Shown here: piece after piece, positions 28,078-37,733 of the stretch
Position numbering within the stretch: position 1 is the first letter of the stretch
How the letters are laid out: the number at the start of each line of letters is the position of its first letter
NCBI GenBank assembly: GCA_050953065.1
Contig: JBMNLZ010000001.1
Location: forward strand, 32,001 to 96,000
Reading direction: 5' to 3'
DNA: 64,000 nt
Source of the DNA: Bacilli bacterium
Lineage (GTDB): Bacteria > Bacillota_I > Bacilli_A > ML615J-28 > CAG-698
Made by a program: the position numbers and the translations under genes
The notes under the pieces: model-generated
What the model saw: only the letters and a program-made list of their open reading frames with translations
What the model was told of the DNA's origin: nothing
The model's database searches: none

Positions 28078-30696
28078 ATGAAAAAAATTAGTGGGTTTTT
28101 ATGTTTAATGTTTATAGGGGTTGTAATTTTTTCGGGATGTGGTACTAAAACTGATAATAAAACTTATACAGTTACTTGGAAAAACTATGATGGAACTGTT
28201 CTTGAAACAGATAAGGGTGTTTTAGAAGGGACTATGCCTGAATATAATGGTGATGAACCAACAAAAGAAGGTTTTAATTTTAGTGGCTGGACTCCTGAAC
28301 TAAGTATAGTTAAAGAGAATGTTACATATGTTGCCGTATTTACCAGTGGTGATGGAACAAGTGGTGAAGAAGGTGGTGGAACAGGCGGAGAAGAAGGTGG
28401 AGGCACTGGCGAAGAAGGAACAGGTGGAGAAGTAATTGATATTGACGAATTTATTTTCGTTGATAAAGCTGATGGAGTTGCTCTAATTAGTTATTTAGGT
28501 AATAAAAGTAAAGTTGTAATTCCTGCAGTATATGAGGAAAGACCAGTTGTTTCTATTGAGCAGTGGGCATTTGAAAATAACCAAACAATGACATCAGTAG
28601 TTGTTCCAGATAGTGTTATAGAGATAAAAGAAGATGCCTTTTATGAATGTTCAACTCTAAAAACGGTTACTTTAGGTAATAGTGTAAAATCGATTGAATT
28701 AAATGCGTTTTATGGTTGCACAGTATTAGAATCTATCAATTTGCCTGAAAGCCTTATTTATTTAGGTGATGAAATATTTGCTAATTGTCCTGCGCTAACT
28801 TCAATTAGTTTGCCAAATAGTCTTGAATCTTTTGGTGGTTGGATGTTTATGGGTGCTGATGCTATAACATATACTGAATATGAAAATGGATACTATTTAG
28901 GTAATGCAACAAATCCTCATCTAGTTTTTGTGGAAATGATTGATGGATCAAAATCTACAATTACAATTCATAATAATTGTAAGATTATTGGTAATGATGC
29001 ATTTAAATATACAAATATATCAACAGTTAATTTTGGAAGTGGTGTTGAATTCATAGGTAGTGCTGCTTTTGACAGTTGTACACAGTTAACTGAAGTAATA
29101 ATCCCAAACACTGTTAAAACAATTGGTGCGATTGCTTTTAAAAACTGCTCAAATTTAACACAAGTTACGCTTGGTGATAATGTTAAATATGTTGGTGAAT
29201 CTGCTTTTTATGACTGCGCTAAATTATCAACAATTAATCTTTCTGATTCTATTGAATATATCGGCAATTCTGCTTTTGATTATTGCGATGATATAACATT
29301 AACTGAATCTAATAATGCTTATTATTTGGGAAATGTAGATAATCCACATTTATTATTATTAGAGGCTAAATCTACATCAATTAGCATAGTTACAATTAAT
29401 GAAAACACAAAATTGATTGCTGGTGCTGCTTTTAGCGGTTGTTCAAATTTAGCAACTATAACTATTCCTAAAAATGTTAAATTCATTGGTAGAAATGTCT
29501 TTTATGGATGTAGCAATTTAACTGAAGTTATCGTTGCAGATGAAAATCCAAAATTTGAAGCTCCGACTAAAACAGCTATTGTTGAAAAAGAAACCTCAAC
29601 TCTTGTTCTAGGACTTAAAAATGCTGTGATTCCAGCAGGAGTAACTAAGATAGGTGATTTCGCTTTCAGCGAATGTGAAGATTTAATGGAAATAGAGATT
29701 CCTGAAGGTGTTACATCAATAGGTGATTATGCATTTAATTGTTGCAGAAAACTAACATCTATTGAAATTCCAAATAGTGTAATATCAATTGGGGAATGTG
29801 CATTTTATGATTGTAATAAACTGGCATCATTGACACTTTCTGATAATCTAAAATATATTGATAAAAGCACATTTTATAGATGTTATCAATTGACAGATGT
29901 TACTATCCCTGATGCTATTACATATATTGACGACTATGCATTCGGTAGATGTACTGTATTAAGTAACCTTGTTTTTGGAAATAATTTAACAGTTATTGGT
30001 CAATATGCTTTTAATCAATGCGAAGCATTGACAACGATTGTTATACCTAATAATGTAAAATATGTAAATTATGGTGCTTTTTCTGACTGTATAAATGTTA
30101 CATCTATTACAATTGGTAGTGGAGTTTTGAAAATAGATAATTTAGCTTTTGCTAGATCCGATTCTACTGCAATTATTACAGTAGACGGTGATAATGAATT
30201 TTATGATTCACGAGATAATTGTAATGCAATTATTGAAACGAAAACAAATGTTCTTATAACTGGAAATAAATCTACTGTAATTCCTAATAGTGTAACGAGC
30301 ATAGCTTCACATGCTTTTTATGGTTGTGTCGGGTTAGAAGATTTAGCACTTCATGACGGTATAACTGAAATAGGTGATTATGCATTTTATAATAATACTG
30401 GATTAGCAACAGTAACTTTAGGAAAAGGGCTTGTATCTATTGGTTGTTATGCATTTAGAGGCTGTACTGAAATAAATCAAATTATTATACCAGAAAGTGT
30501 TACCAATATAGAAACTAGTGCTTTTAGAAATTGTACAAAAATAAAATTCTATGCTGAAGCAGAAAGTCAGCCAGATGGTTGGGATGGATCTTGGAATTAC
30601 AATAAATATCCAGTCTTCTGGTATAGTGAAACTTCAAATGCTGATGGTTCACATTGGCACTATGTAGATGGTATTCCAACTGTTTGGGTTTCTTAA
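28078..30696 (+). CDS. BspA-type leucine-rich-repeat surface lipoprotein
   Basis: Lipobox FSGC; one Flg_new-like repeat, G/E-rich linker, many IP..V..IG..AF..C..L units. Confidence 0.88.
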   Translation: MKKISGFLCLMFIGVVIFSGCGTKTDNKTYTVTWKNYDGTVLETDKGVLEGTMPEYNGDEPTKEGFNFSGWTPELSIVKENVTYVAVFTSGDGTSGEEGGGTGGEEGGGTGEEGTGGEVIDIDEFIFVDKADGVALISYLGNKSKVVIPAVYEERPVVSIEQWAFENNQTMTSVVVPDSVIEIKEDAFYECSTLKTVTLGNSVKSIELNAFYGCTVLESINLPESLIYLGDEIFANCPALTSISLPNSLESFGGWMFMGADAITYTEYENGYYLGNATNPHLVFVEMIDGSKSTITIHNNCKIIGNDAFKYTNISTVNFGSGVEFIGSAAFDSCTQLTEVIIPNTVKTIGAIAFKNCSNLTQVTLGDNVKYVGESAFYDCAKLSTINLSDSIEYIGNSAFDYCDDITLTESNNAYYLGNVDNPHLLLLEAKSTSISIVTINENTKLIAGAAFSGCSNLATITIPKNVKFIGRNVFYGCSNLTEVIVADENPKFEAPTKTAIVEKETSTLVLGLKNAVIPAGVTKIGDFAFSECEDLMEIEIPEGVTSIGDYAFNCCRKLTSIEIPNSVISIGECAFYDCNKLASLTLSDNLKYIDKSTFYRCYQLTDVTIPDAITYIDDYAFGRCTVLSNLVFGNNLTVIGQYAFNQCEALTTIVIPNNVKYVNYGAFSDCINVTSITIGSGVLKIDNLAFARSDSTAIITVDGDNEFYDSRDNCNAIIETKTNVLITGNKSTVIPNSVTSIASHAFYGCVGLEDLALHDGITEIGDYAFYNNTGLATVTLGKGLVSIGCYAFRGCTEINQIIIPESVTNIETSAFRNCTKIKFYAEAESQPDGWDGSWNYNKYPVFWYSETSNADGSHWHYVDGIPTVWVS
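28354..28431 (+). repeat. Degenerate 24-bp coding repeat ([22 protein letters not shown])
   Basis: GGAACAAGTGGTGAAGAAGGTGGT, GGAACAGGCGGAGAAGAAGGTGGA and shorter copies. Confidence 0.7.
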
Positions 30697-30727
30697 ACGG
30701 TTAATTAATTTTTATATCTGTATAGAT

Positions 30728-30821
30728 AAAAAAACTTCAAAGTAATATAAAAAGTCAAAAGTTTAATTTTTTAATCACCTCCTTTTTTAAAAACTAAGAC
30801 TTAAAACTTTGAAGTTTTTTT
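30728..30821 (+). ncRNA. Long hairpin/terminator with an anti-SD sequence in its apical loop (candidate sRNA)
   Basis: 16-bp arms AAAAAAACTTCAAAGT / ACTTTGAAGTTTTTTT, inner helices AAGTC/GACTT and AGTTT/AAACT, loop containing ATCACCTCCTTT. Confidence 0.4.
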
Positions 30822-30929
30822 GTGTTTAGTTTATGTTAACAAATCACCAAAAAAATGATATAATTAATCGAATCTTAAGGAAGGAGATAGTCAGTTAGAT
30901 ATAAAAACTTAATTGATTAAATACAAAAA

Positions 30930-32900
30930 ATGATTAAACTATCAAATGTTTCTAAGTATTATCATAGTGATAGTGGTGTTGTATTAGGACTTAGAAAAAT
31001 AAATTTAGAATTAAATGTTGGAGAATTTATTGCTATTACTGGGGAAAGTGGTAGTGGTAAATCAACTTTATTAAATGTAATCTCTGGTAATGATACTTAT
31101 GAAGAAGGAGAATTATTTATAAATGGTGAAGAAACTTCACATTTTATTGAAAGTGATTGGGAAAAATATAGAAGAGATTATGTAGGATTTATATTCCAAA
31201 ATAACAATTTAATAGATAGCTATACAGTTTATGAAAATGTCTTATCTGCTTTAATAATTCAAGGATTAGATAAAAAAAATAGAAAAAAAAGAGCTAAAGA
31301 AATTATTGAAAAAGTTGGTTTAACTTCACATCTAAAGCATAAAGCAATTAAACTATCTGGAGGCCAAAAACAACGTTTAGCAATTGCAAGAGCTCTTGCA
31401 AAAGATGTCCCAATTATTGCTGCTGATGAACCAACAGGAAATCTTGATAGTGAAAGTGGAAAAGAAATAATTAAATTGTTAAATGAAGTTTCAAAAGACA
31501 AGTTAGTAGTCATAGTAACACATAATTTTGAACAAACTAAGGAGTACGTTTCTAGAAAAATAAGACTATATGATGGTGAAATAGTAGAAGATATAGAATT
31601 AAAAAGTGTTCAAAAAATTGATAAAATCAATGCAACTGAACATAAAAATACAGTTTTTAAAAAATCAATTAAATTTGGATTGCTTAACTTAAAAAGTCAA
31701 CCAATTAGAACTGCTTTTCTATTAATAATATCTTTATTATTTACGATTATTATTTTCAATATTTTTGGAAATTATTTAGCAAGTCAAGATAAATCTGATG
31801 CATATAATTCGTATTATAGTACTGTTAATAACATTTATAAGGAAAGAATAATTGTATCTAAGAAAGATAAGAGTGCTTTTACTGCTGAGGATGATACTTA
31901 TATCAATTCACTTTCAAAAGTAAAAAGAGTGATTAAACAAGATTTAGCTCTAGATGCTGAGTTGAAAGTAAATTTGGCTGTAGAGAATCAAAGTTTTTAT
32001 TTTGTGGGATTTCCTTATCCAAGCAAATATTTGAATAATTCAGATTTAAAATATGGTAGATTGCCAGAAACTTATGATGAAATAGTAATTGAAGCATATT
32101 TATATAGCAGTTATAGCTATGCTGAACAGTTAAACAAAACAGTTAAATTAAATATTCATATCGGTAATTTGATTGAAGAAGTAGACGTAAAAATTGTAGG
32201 CTTTATTAAAAGTGCTTCATATTTTGATACATTTTATATTTCAGATGATTTATTAAATTTTCTTGATTTAAAACAAAGAAATGCATTTACAAGTACATCT
32301 TCACAAGGTGATCTTCAACCATTAAGTTATTTTGAGGTTACACCACTTGATGAAACGCCAGAAATTGAATTGCATTATCAATATACTTTAGAAACAAACT
32401 TTGAAGATGCAAGTACAGTTATTAATACTTTACTTAAAAATGGGTATTATGCTTTTTCTCCACACATAAATTTTGCTGATTCCTTTGATTTTTTAGGTAT
32501 ATTTGAAAAGTTTTTCCTTGCTTTAACATCCATTATTAATATGATTATAATTTATTTTGTTGGATATTTAATTTTTAGATATATTTTATTATTTAAGAAA
32601 AAAGACTATGCAATTCTAAAGTCAATTGGAATTGAACAAAAAAGTATTAAAACGATGAATTTTGTTGAATTATATGTTTCGTTTTTAATAGCATTTGCTA
32701 TTTTAATACCATTATATTTTATTATATTAAACTTAAAAACAAAATATGATATTGGTATTTTTAGTTTTATTGGTTATTATAAATGGTATCATTTTATTTT
32801 TTTATTAATGATAAATACTTTATTATGCATTCTATTGGTTAGACGATATAATAAATCGTTGGTTAAAAACTCTATTTTAAGTAATTTGAGGGTTGAATAA
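30930..32900 (+). CDS. MacB/FtsX-type ABC ATPase-permease fusion
   Basis: GESGSGKS, LSGGQKQR, ADEPTGNLD; C-terminal FtsX-like TM with ILKSIG. Confidence 0.88.
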   Translation: MIKLSNVSKYYHSDSGVVLGLRKINLELNVGEFIAITGESGSGKSTLLNVISGNDTYEEGELFINGEETSHFIESDWEKYRRDYVGFIFQNNNLIDSYTVYENVLSALIIQGLDKKNRKKRAKEIIEKVGLTSHLKHKAIKLSGGQKQRLAIARALAKDVPIIAADEPTGNLDSESGKEIIKLLNEVSKDKLVVIVTHNFEQTKEYVSRKIRLYDGEIVEDIELKSVQKIDKINATEHKNTVFKKSIKFGLLNLKSQPIRTAFLLIISLLFTIIIFNIFGNYLASQDKSDAYNSYYSTVNNIYKERIIVSKKDKSAFTAEDDTYINSLSKVKRVIKQDLALDAELKVNLAVENQSFYFVGFPYPSKYLNNSDLKYGRLPETYDEIVIEAYLYSSYSYAEQLNKTVKLNIHIGNLIEEVDVKIVGFIKSASYFDTFYISDDLLNFLDLKQRNAFTSTSSQGDLQPLSYFEVTPLDETPEIELHYQYTLETNFEDASTVINTLLKNGYYAFSPHINFADSFDFLGIFEKFFLALTSIINMIIIYFVGYLIFRYILLFKKKDYAILKSIGIEQKSIKTMNFVELYVSFLIAFAILIPLYFIILNLKTKYDIGIFSFIGYYKWYHFIFLLMINTLLCILLVRRYNKSLVKNSILSNLRVE

Positions 32901-32901
32901 T

Positions 32902-35346
32902 ATGATTAAGACAATTAATTTAAATAAAATTTACAATTCAGGTAAACCAAATCAAATACATGCTATTAACAATATTAGTATAGATTTTCCAAAAACTGGA
33001 TTTGTTAGTTTGTTAGGTCCTTCAGGATGTGGGAAAACTACCTTGTTGAATGCGATAAGTGGTTTAGATAAAGTAAAAAGCGGAACAATTATAGTAGATA
33101 ATCAAGAAATAAGAAAATATAATTTTAATAAATGGGATGATATTAGAACTAAAAAGATAGGTTATATTTTCCAAAACTATTTATTATTGCCAGATTTAAG
33201 TGTTTATCAAAATCTAGAGTTAGTTTTAAAAATGTTGAATGTTCCTAACGATAAGATTGAGGAAAGAATAGAGTATGCTTTAAAAGCAGTTAAAATGGAA
33301 CGTTTTAGAAAAAGAAAAGCTTCTCAACTTTCTGGAGGACAAATGCAAAGAGTCGCAATTGCTAGAGCGCTTGTTAAAAGTCCTAGGGTAATTATTGCTG
33401 ATGAACCAACAGGAAACCTAGATGAAACAAATACAACTCAAATAATGAATATTTTACGTAAAATTTCTAGAGAATGTTTAGTAATTTTAGTTACACATGA
33501 GCCAAGATTAGCTAATTTTTATTCGGATAGGATAATTAAATTAGCTGATGGTAAAGTGATTGAAGATTTTGAAAATAAAAACTCAAATAGTTTTGAATTT
33601 TCAGAGGATAGAAATATTTATTTGAAGGAGTATAAAAAAGAAGAAGTAAACGAAGAAAATATAAGTATAGAATACTTCTATAAAAATAAGCCTAAAGATA
33701 CAAATATAAAAATTATTTATGAAAATGACACAATTTATATAAGTGCAGATAGTGATAAAGCAAAAATTAAATTTATTGATGCTGGTAATGAAATTAAAAT
33801 TATAGATACAAAAAAACCAAATGTTAAAATTGAAGATTTTGATGAATTGGATTATCATTTAGAAAAACTTCCTGAAAATGGTGTTAAATCAGCAATTAAA
33901 TTTAAAGAAGCATTTAAAATGGGAATCAATCATTTACTCTCTTTTACTAAAAAACAAAAATTATTTTTATTTGCTTTTGCATTTATAGCTATATTTATCG
34001 TAATTTCAGCTGTTCAATTTTCATCTTTTTATATAGTTGATGAGTCAAGCTACATACATAATGATAAAAACATTGTTTTAATTGATCATAAAAATGAAAA
34101 TGTTAATTATCAAAAACTCATGTTGTTAAAAGAAGAGATTGAAATCGCTGGATATATTGGTGAAGAGTGTACTCCTTATAACTGCTTTTATGGGATAAAA
34201 ACTGATTTCTTCTATCAAACTAAAGAAAATTTTTCCACTTTTAGCGCTGGTAATATAGCTTTGTTAGAAAACTTGAAATCTAATAAAATTATATATGGTT
34301 CTCTACCTACTGATTATAAAGGGATTGTGATTGATAAAAAATTATTAGATGTCATGATGAAAGATGATCTTACATATACAGGTTTGGTTAATTATGAAGA
34401 TTTAATAGGTCAAAGAATTAATTTTAGTTCTTTTGCAGAGATATTTTATAATATTTATGATGAAAATTTTGAACAATTCCCTATTGTGATTGCTGCTATT
34501 TCAGATACGAATAGGCCTTTACTTTATTTAGATAAAGAACTATTGTATACAGTTGAACTATTTGCAAACAAACAAATCTATTTAACTAGTAACACTATTA
34601 GATTACCAGAAATAGCTTTAGAAGATAATGAAATCTATTTAACTGATTCATTTACTTTAACATATCCAATTGGTTCTAATTATATTTTAGAAGAAAAATC
34701 ATTTGTAGTAAAAGGACATTTTAGCCCTAATTCAACGACTGAATTGTGTTCGTATGTTGTTAATGATAAAGTCTTAGAAGAAATATATATAAACTATTTG
34801 TTAAATAATGTGTCTAATAGATATTATAGAGGTATAACTTTTTATACAGAAAATTTAAATGTAGCAAAACAAAAATTAACTGAAGAAGAAATTGCTTTTA
34901 CGATGCCTTATGAAAAAGATATTAAAAGTTTTAATGAATCAAGGGCGATATCAGTGATGTCAGCATTAATTACTTTAATTATAATGTTGGTTATTTCAAG
35001 TCTTCTTTTATATTTTTTAATGCGTTCAAGTCTAATGCTAAGAATTAATCAAGTAGGTATATATAGAGCAATAGGGGCTAAAAGAAGAGATATGTATAAA
35101 ATTTTCTTTTCAGAGATTGTATTAATTACCTCTTGTAGTTCATTAATAGGATTTTTAATTATTTCTTACATAATTCAAAGTTTAAGTAAGAATGTCTTAT
35201 TTAGTGAAAGTATTAATTATCCTTGGTATGTTGCTTTACTAACAATTATTTTTATTTATTTAGTAAATTCATTGATGGGATTACTACCTATATATAGGTT
35301 AATGAGATTAACACCAACTCAAATAGTTACTAAATATGATATATAA
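32902..35346 (+). CDS. MacB/FtsX-type ABC ATPase-permease fusion
   Basis: GPSGCGKT, LSGGQMQR, ADEPTGNLD; GIYRAIGA FtsX-like region. Confidence 0.88.
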   Translation: MIKTINLNKIYNSGKPNQIHAINNISIDFPKTGFVSLLGPSGCGKTTLLNAISGLDKVKSGTIIVDNQEIRKYNFNKWDDIRTKKIGYIFQNYLLLPDLSVYQNLELVLKMLNVPNDKIEERIEYALKAVKMERFRKRKASQLSGGQMQRVAIARALVKSPRVIIADEPTGNLDETNTTQIMNILRKISRECLVILVTHEPRLANFYSDRIIKLADGKVIEDFENKNSNSFEFSEDRNIYLKEYKKEEVNEENISIEYFYKNKPKDTNIKIIYENDTIYISADSDKAKIKFIDAGNEIKIIDTKKPNVKIEDFDELDYHLEKLPENGVKSAIKFKEAFKMGINHLLSFTKKQKLFLFAFAFIAIFIVISAVQFSSFYIVDESSYIHNDKNIVLIDHKNENVNYQKLMLLKEEIEIAGYIGEECTPYNCFYGIKTDFFYQTKENFSTFSAGNIALLENLKSNKIIYGSLPTDYKGIVIDKKLLDVMMKDDLTYTGLVNYEDLIGQRINFSSFAEIFYNIYDENFEQFPIVIAAISDTNRPLLYLDKELLYTVELFANKQIYLTSNTIRLPEIALEDNEIYLTDSFTLTYPIGSNYILEEKSFVVKGHFSPNSTTELCSYVVNDKVLEEIYINYLLNNVSNRYYRGITFYTENLNVAKQKLTEEEIAFTMPYEKDIKSFNESRAISVMSALITLIIMLVISSLLLYFLMRSSLMLRINQVGIYRAIGAKRRDMYKIFFSEIVLITSCSSLIGFLIISYIIQSLSKNVLFSESINYPWYVALLTIIFIYLVNSLMGLLPIYRLMRLTPTQIVTKYDI

Positions 35347-35366
35347 AATACTTTATTTTAAAATAC

Positions 35367-35400
35367 AAAAAGTTGAGTTTATAATGAAACTCAACTTTTT
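35367..35400 (+). terminator. Intrinsic terminator
   Basis: AAAAAGTTGAGTTT / AAACTCAACTTTTT hairpin. Confidence 0.8.
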
Positions 35401-35440
35401 ATTATTGTAGTTTAGTTTATTTTTAAAAGTTTTATTTTTA

Positions 35441-35497
35441 TTGACTTGTACTAATGCTAATAGTATAATATCTAAAGTGCTTGATTATTAAGCGTTT
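35441..35497 (+). promoter_or_regulatory. Promoter of the marR-ABC operon with an imperfect palindromic operator
   Basis: TTGACT-17-TATAAT; AAGTGCTTGA-tta-TTAAGCGTTT at 35475-35497 near the start site. Confidence 0.55.
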
Positions 35498-35514
35498 ATC
35501 TAAGGGGGAAGAAA

Positions 35515-35994
35515 ATGATTGGAAAAATCAGTTTAACATTTGGTAAGGTTATTTTAACAAAAAAAATTATGATAAATAATATATTTAAAGAAACAAATGT
35601 TTATTATGGCCAACATTTAATTCTTGAAGTTTTGAGTAAAAATGATGGTATCACTCAAGTAGAAATTGCAAGTAAATTAGGTGTTACTGCAGCTAGTGTT
35701 GCATTATCAACAAAAAGAATGGAGAAGAACGGCTTATTATGTAAAAAGGTTGATGAAACAAATTTGCGTTGTAAAAAACTATATATTACAAAAAAAGGTT
35801 TAGATAGTCTAAAAAAGATCCACAAAGAAATAAAAAAATTTAATAATAAAATGTTTGAAGGCTTTACGGAAAAAGAAATTGAAAACCTAAGTTTTTATTT
35901 AGATAAAATAATGAGGAATGTTATAAATGATAAAGTTTTTGAAGATAGTATTGAAAATATTATAAAAACAATGGATATTGATTTGGAGAACTAA
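35515..35994 (+). CDS. MarR family transcriptional regulator
   Basis: GITQ.EIA..LGVT.ASV....KRME..GL...D..NLR...LYIT.KG. Confidence 0.9.
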   Translation: MIGKISLTFGKVILTKKIMINNIFKETNVYYGQHLILEVLSKNDGITQVEIASKLGVTAASVALSTKRMEKNGLLCKKVDETNLRCKKLYITKKGLDSLKKIHKEIKKFNNKMFEGFTEKEIENLSFYLDKIMRNVINDKVFEDSIENIIKTMDIDLEN

Positions 35995-35995
35995 T

Positions 35996-37732
35996 ATGTT
36001 TAAAGGTTTGTTATCAAATATAGGAAAATATAAAAAATATGCAATATTAACCCCAATAATGATGGTTTTTGAGGTTTTATTTGAAGTTGCGATACCTTTT
36101 GTTATGGCTTTAATAATTGATAAAGGAATTGCAATTGGAGTAGAACAAGGGAATATGAGTTATGTTATTGAAATGGGTGGATTATTAATATTGTTTGCAC
36201 TCATTGCTTTGTTATGTGGTTTTTTTGGAGGAAGATTTGGGGCTTTAGCTTCAACTGGTCTTGCGAAAGAACTAAGAAGAAAACTTTTTTATAAAATTCA
36301 AGATTTTTCTTTTTCAAATGTTGATAAATTTCAAACTTCATCTTTAATAACAAGAATGACGATTGATGTTAATATGGTTCAAAATGCATTTATGATGTCA
36401 CTTAGAATGTTAGTTAGAGCTCCTATTATGTTAACTTCAGCCACTATTATGGCTTTTATTATAAATGCTAGACTAGCTACTGTTTTTATAATTGTTATAC
36501 CATTTTTAGCGTTCTTTCTTTATTTGATATTTACTAAGGCGCATCCATATTTTAGAATAATGTTAAATAAATACGACACACTAAATAATTCCATTCAAGA
36601 AAATTTAATCGGTATAAGAGTAGTTAAATCTTTTGTTAGAGAAGATTATGAAATAGAAAAGTTTAAAAAGTCAGTTAAGGAATTAAAAGATACGTCTATG
36701 AGTGCTGAGAAGATTGTTATTCTTAGTTCTCCAGTTATGCAGTTTACAATGTATATAAGTATAATTGTTATTGCTTGGTTTGGAGCTAAACTAATAATTA
36801 CTAATTTAATGCAAACTGGTGAATTAATGAGCTTTATTACATATATAACATTAGTATTGATGAGTTTAATGATGCTATCTATGACATTTATTCAAATTAT
36901 AATTTCTAGAGCAGCTTCTAGTAGAATAGTTGAGGTGCTACAAGAAGAAGTAGAAATTAAAGATGGTGAAGATGTTGATTTAAGGGTTAAAGATGGTTCG
37001 ATAGAATATAGAGATGTTTGTTTTTCATATGTAAAAAACAGCGAAAATTATGTTTTAAAGAATATTAATTTAAAAATTAAATCAGGTGAAGTAATTGGTA
37101 TATTGGGTGGTACAGGTTCTGCAAAAACGACCCTAGTTCAATTAATTCCTAGACTTTATGATGTTTCTAAAGGTGAATTAATAGTAGGAAAAATGAATGT
37201 TAAAAACTATTCTTTAAGGAACTTAAGAAAAGATGTTGGAATAGTACTTCAAAAGAATGTTTTATTTAGTGGTACAATAAAGGAAAATTTATTATGGGGA
37301 AATGTAAATGCAACTAATGAAGAAATAGAAGAGGTGTGTAAAGTAGTTCAAGCCCATGATTTTATTATGAGTTTTCCAGAAGGTTATGATATGTTTTTAG
37401 AGCAGGGTGGTACAAATTTATCTGGTGGACAAAAACAAAGACTTTGTATTGCTAGAGCATTAATTGCAAATCCAAAAATTTTAATTTTAGATGATGCAAC
37501 AAGTGCAATTGATACAAATACCGAAGCAAAAATTAGAGTAGCGTTAAAAGAAAAATTAAAAGATACGACGGTAATTATTATAGCTCAAAGGGTTAACTCA
37601 GTAGATGGAGCTGATAAAGTTCTTATTTTAGATGAAGGAGAGATTGATGCTTTTGATACTCCTAAAAACTTATTAGCAAATAATAAAATATATCAGGATT
37701 TATATTTTTCTCAATTAAAGGGGGGTGAATAA
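35996..37732 (+). CDS. Heterodimeric ABC multidrug exporter subunit (degenerate NBD)
   Basis: TMD, GGTGSAKT, LSGGQKQR, LDDATSA, IAQR. Confidence 0.9.
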   Translation: MFKGLLSNIGKYKKYAILTPIMMVFEVLFEVAIPFVMALIIDKGIAIGVEQGNMSYVIEMGGLLILFALIALLCGFFGGRFGALASTGLAKELRRKLFYKIQDFSFSNVDKFQTSSLITRMTIDVNMVQNAFMMSLRMLVRAPIMLTSATIMAFIINARLATVFIIVIPFLAFFLYLIFTKAHPYFRIMLNKYDTLNNSIQENLIGIRVVKSFVREDYEIEKFKKSVKELKDTSMSAEKIVILSSPVMQFTMYISIIVIAWFGAKLIITNLMQTGELMSFITYITLVLMSLMMLSMTFIQIIISRAASSRIVEVLQEEVEIKDGEDVDLRVKDGSIEYRDVCFSYVKNSENYVLKNINLKIKSGEVIGILGGTGSAKTTLVQLIPRLYDVSKGELIVGKMNVKNYSLRNLRKDVGIVLQKNVLFSGTIKENLLWGNVNATNEEIEEVCKVVQAHDFIMSFPEGYDMFLEQGGTNLSGGQKQRLCIARALIANPKILILDDATSAIDTNTEAKIRVALKEKLKDTTVIIIAQRVNSVDGADKVLILDEGEIDAFDTPKNLLANNKIYQDLYFSQLKGGE

Positions 37733-37733
37733 A

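Noticed and set aside
30773-30786. 16S rRNA fragment
   Set aside because: Only the ATCACCTCCTTT tail matches; no upstream helix 45 or other rRNA sequence.
21030-30930. attL/attR direct repeat of the tRNA-Cys 3' end bounding a prophage or ICE
   Set aside because: No second copy of the tRNA 3' sequence found by eye and no integrase or phage genes.
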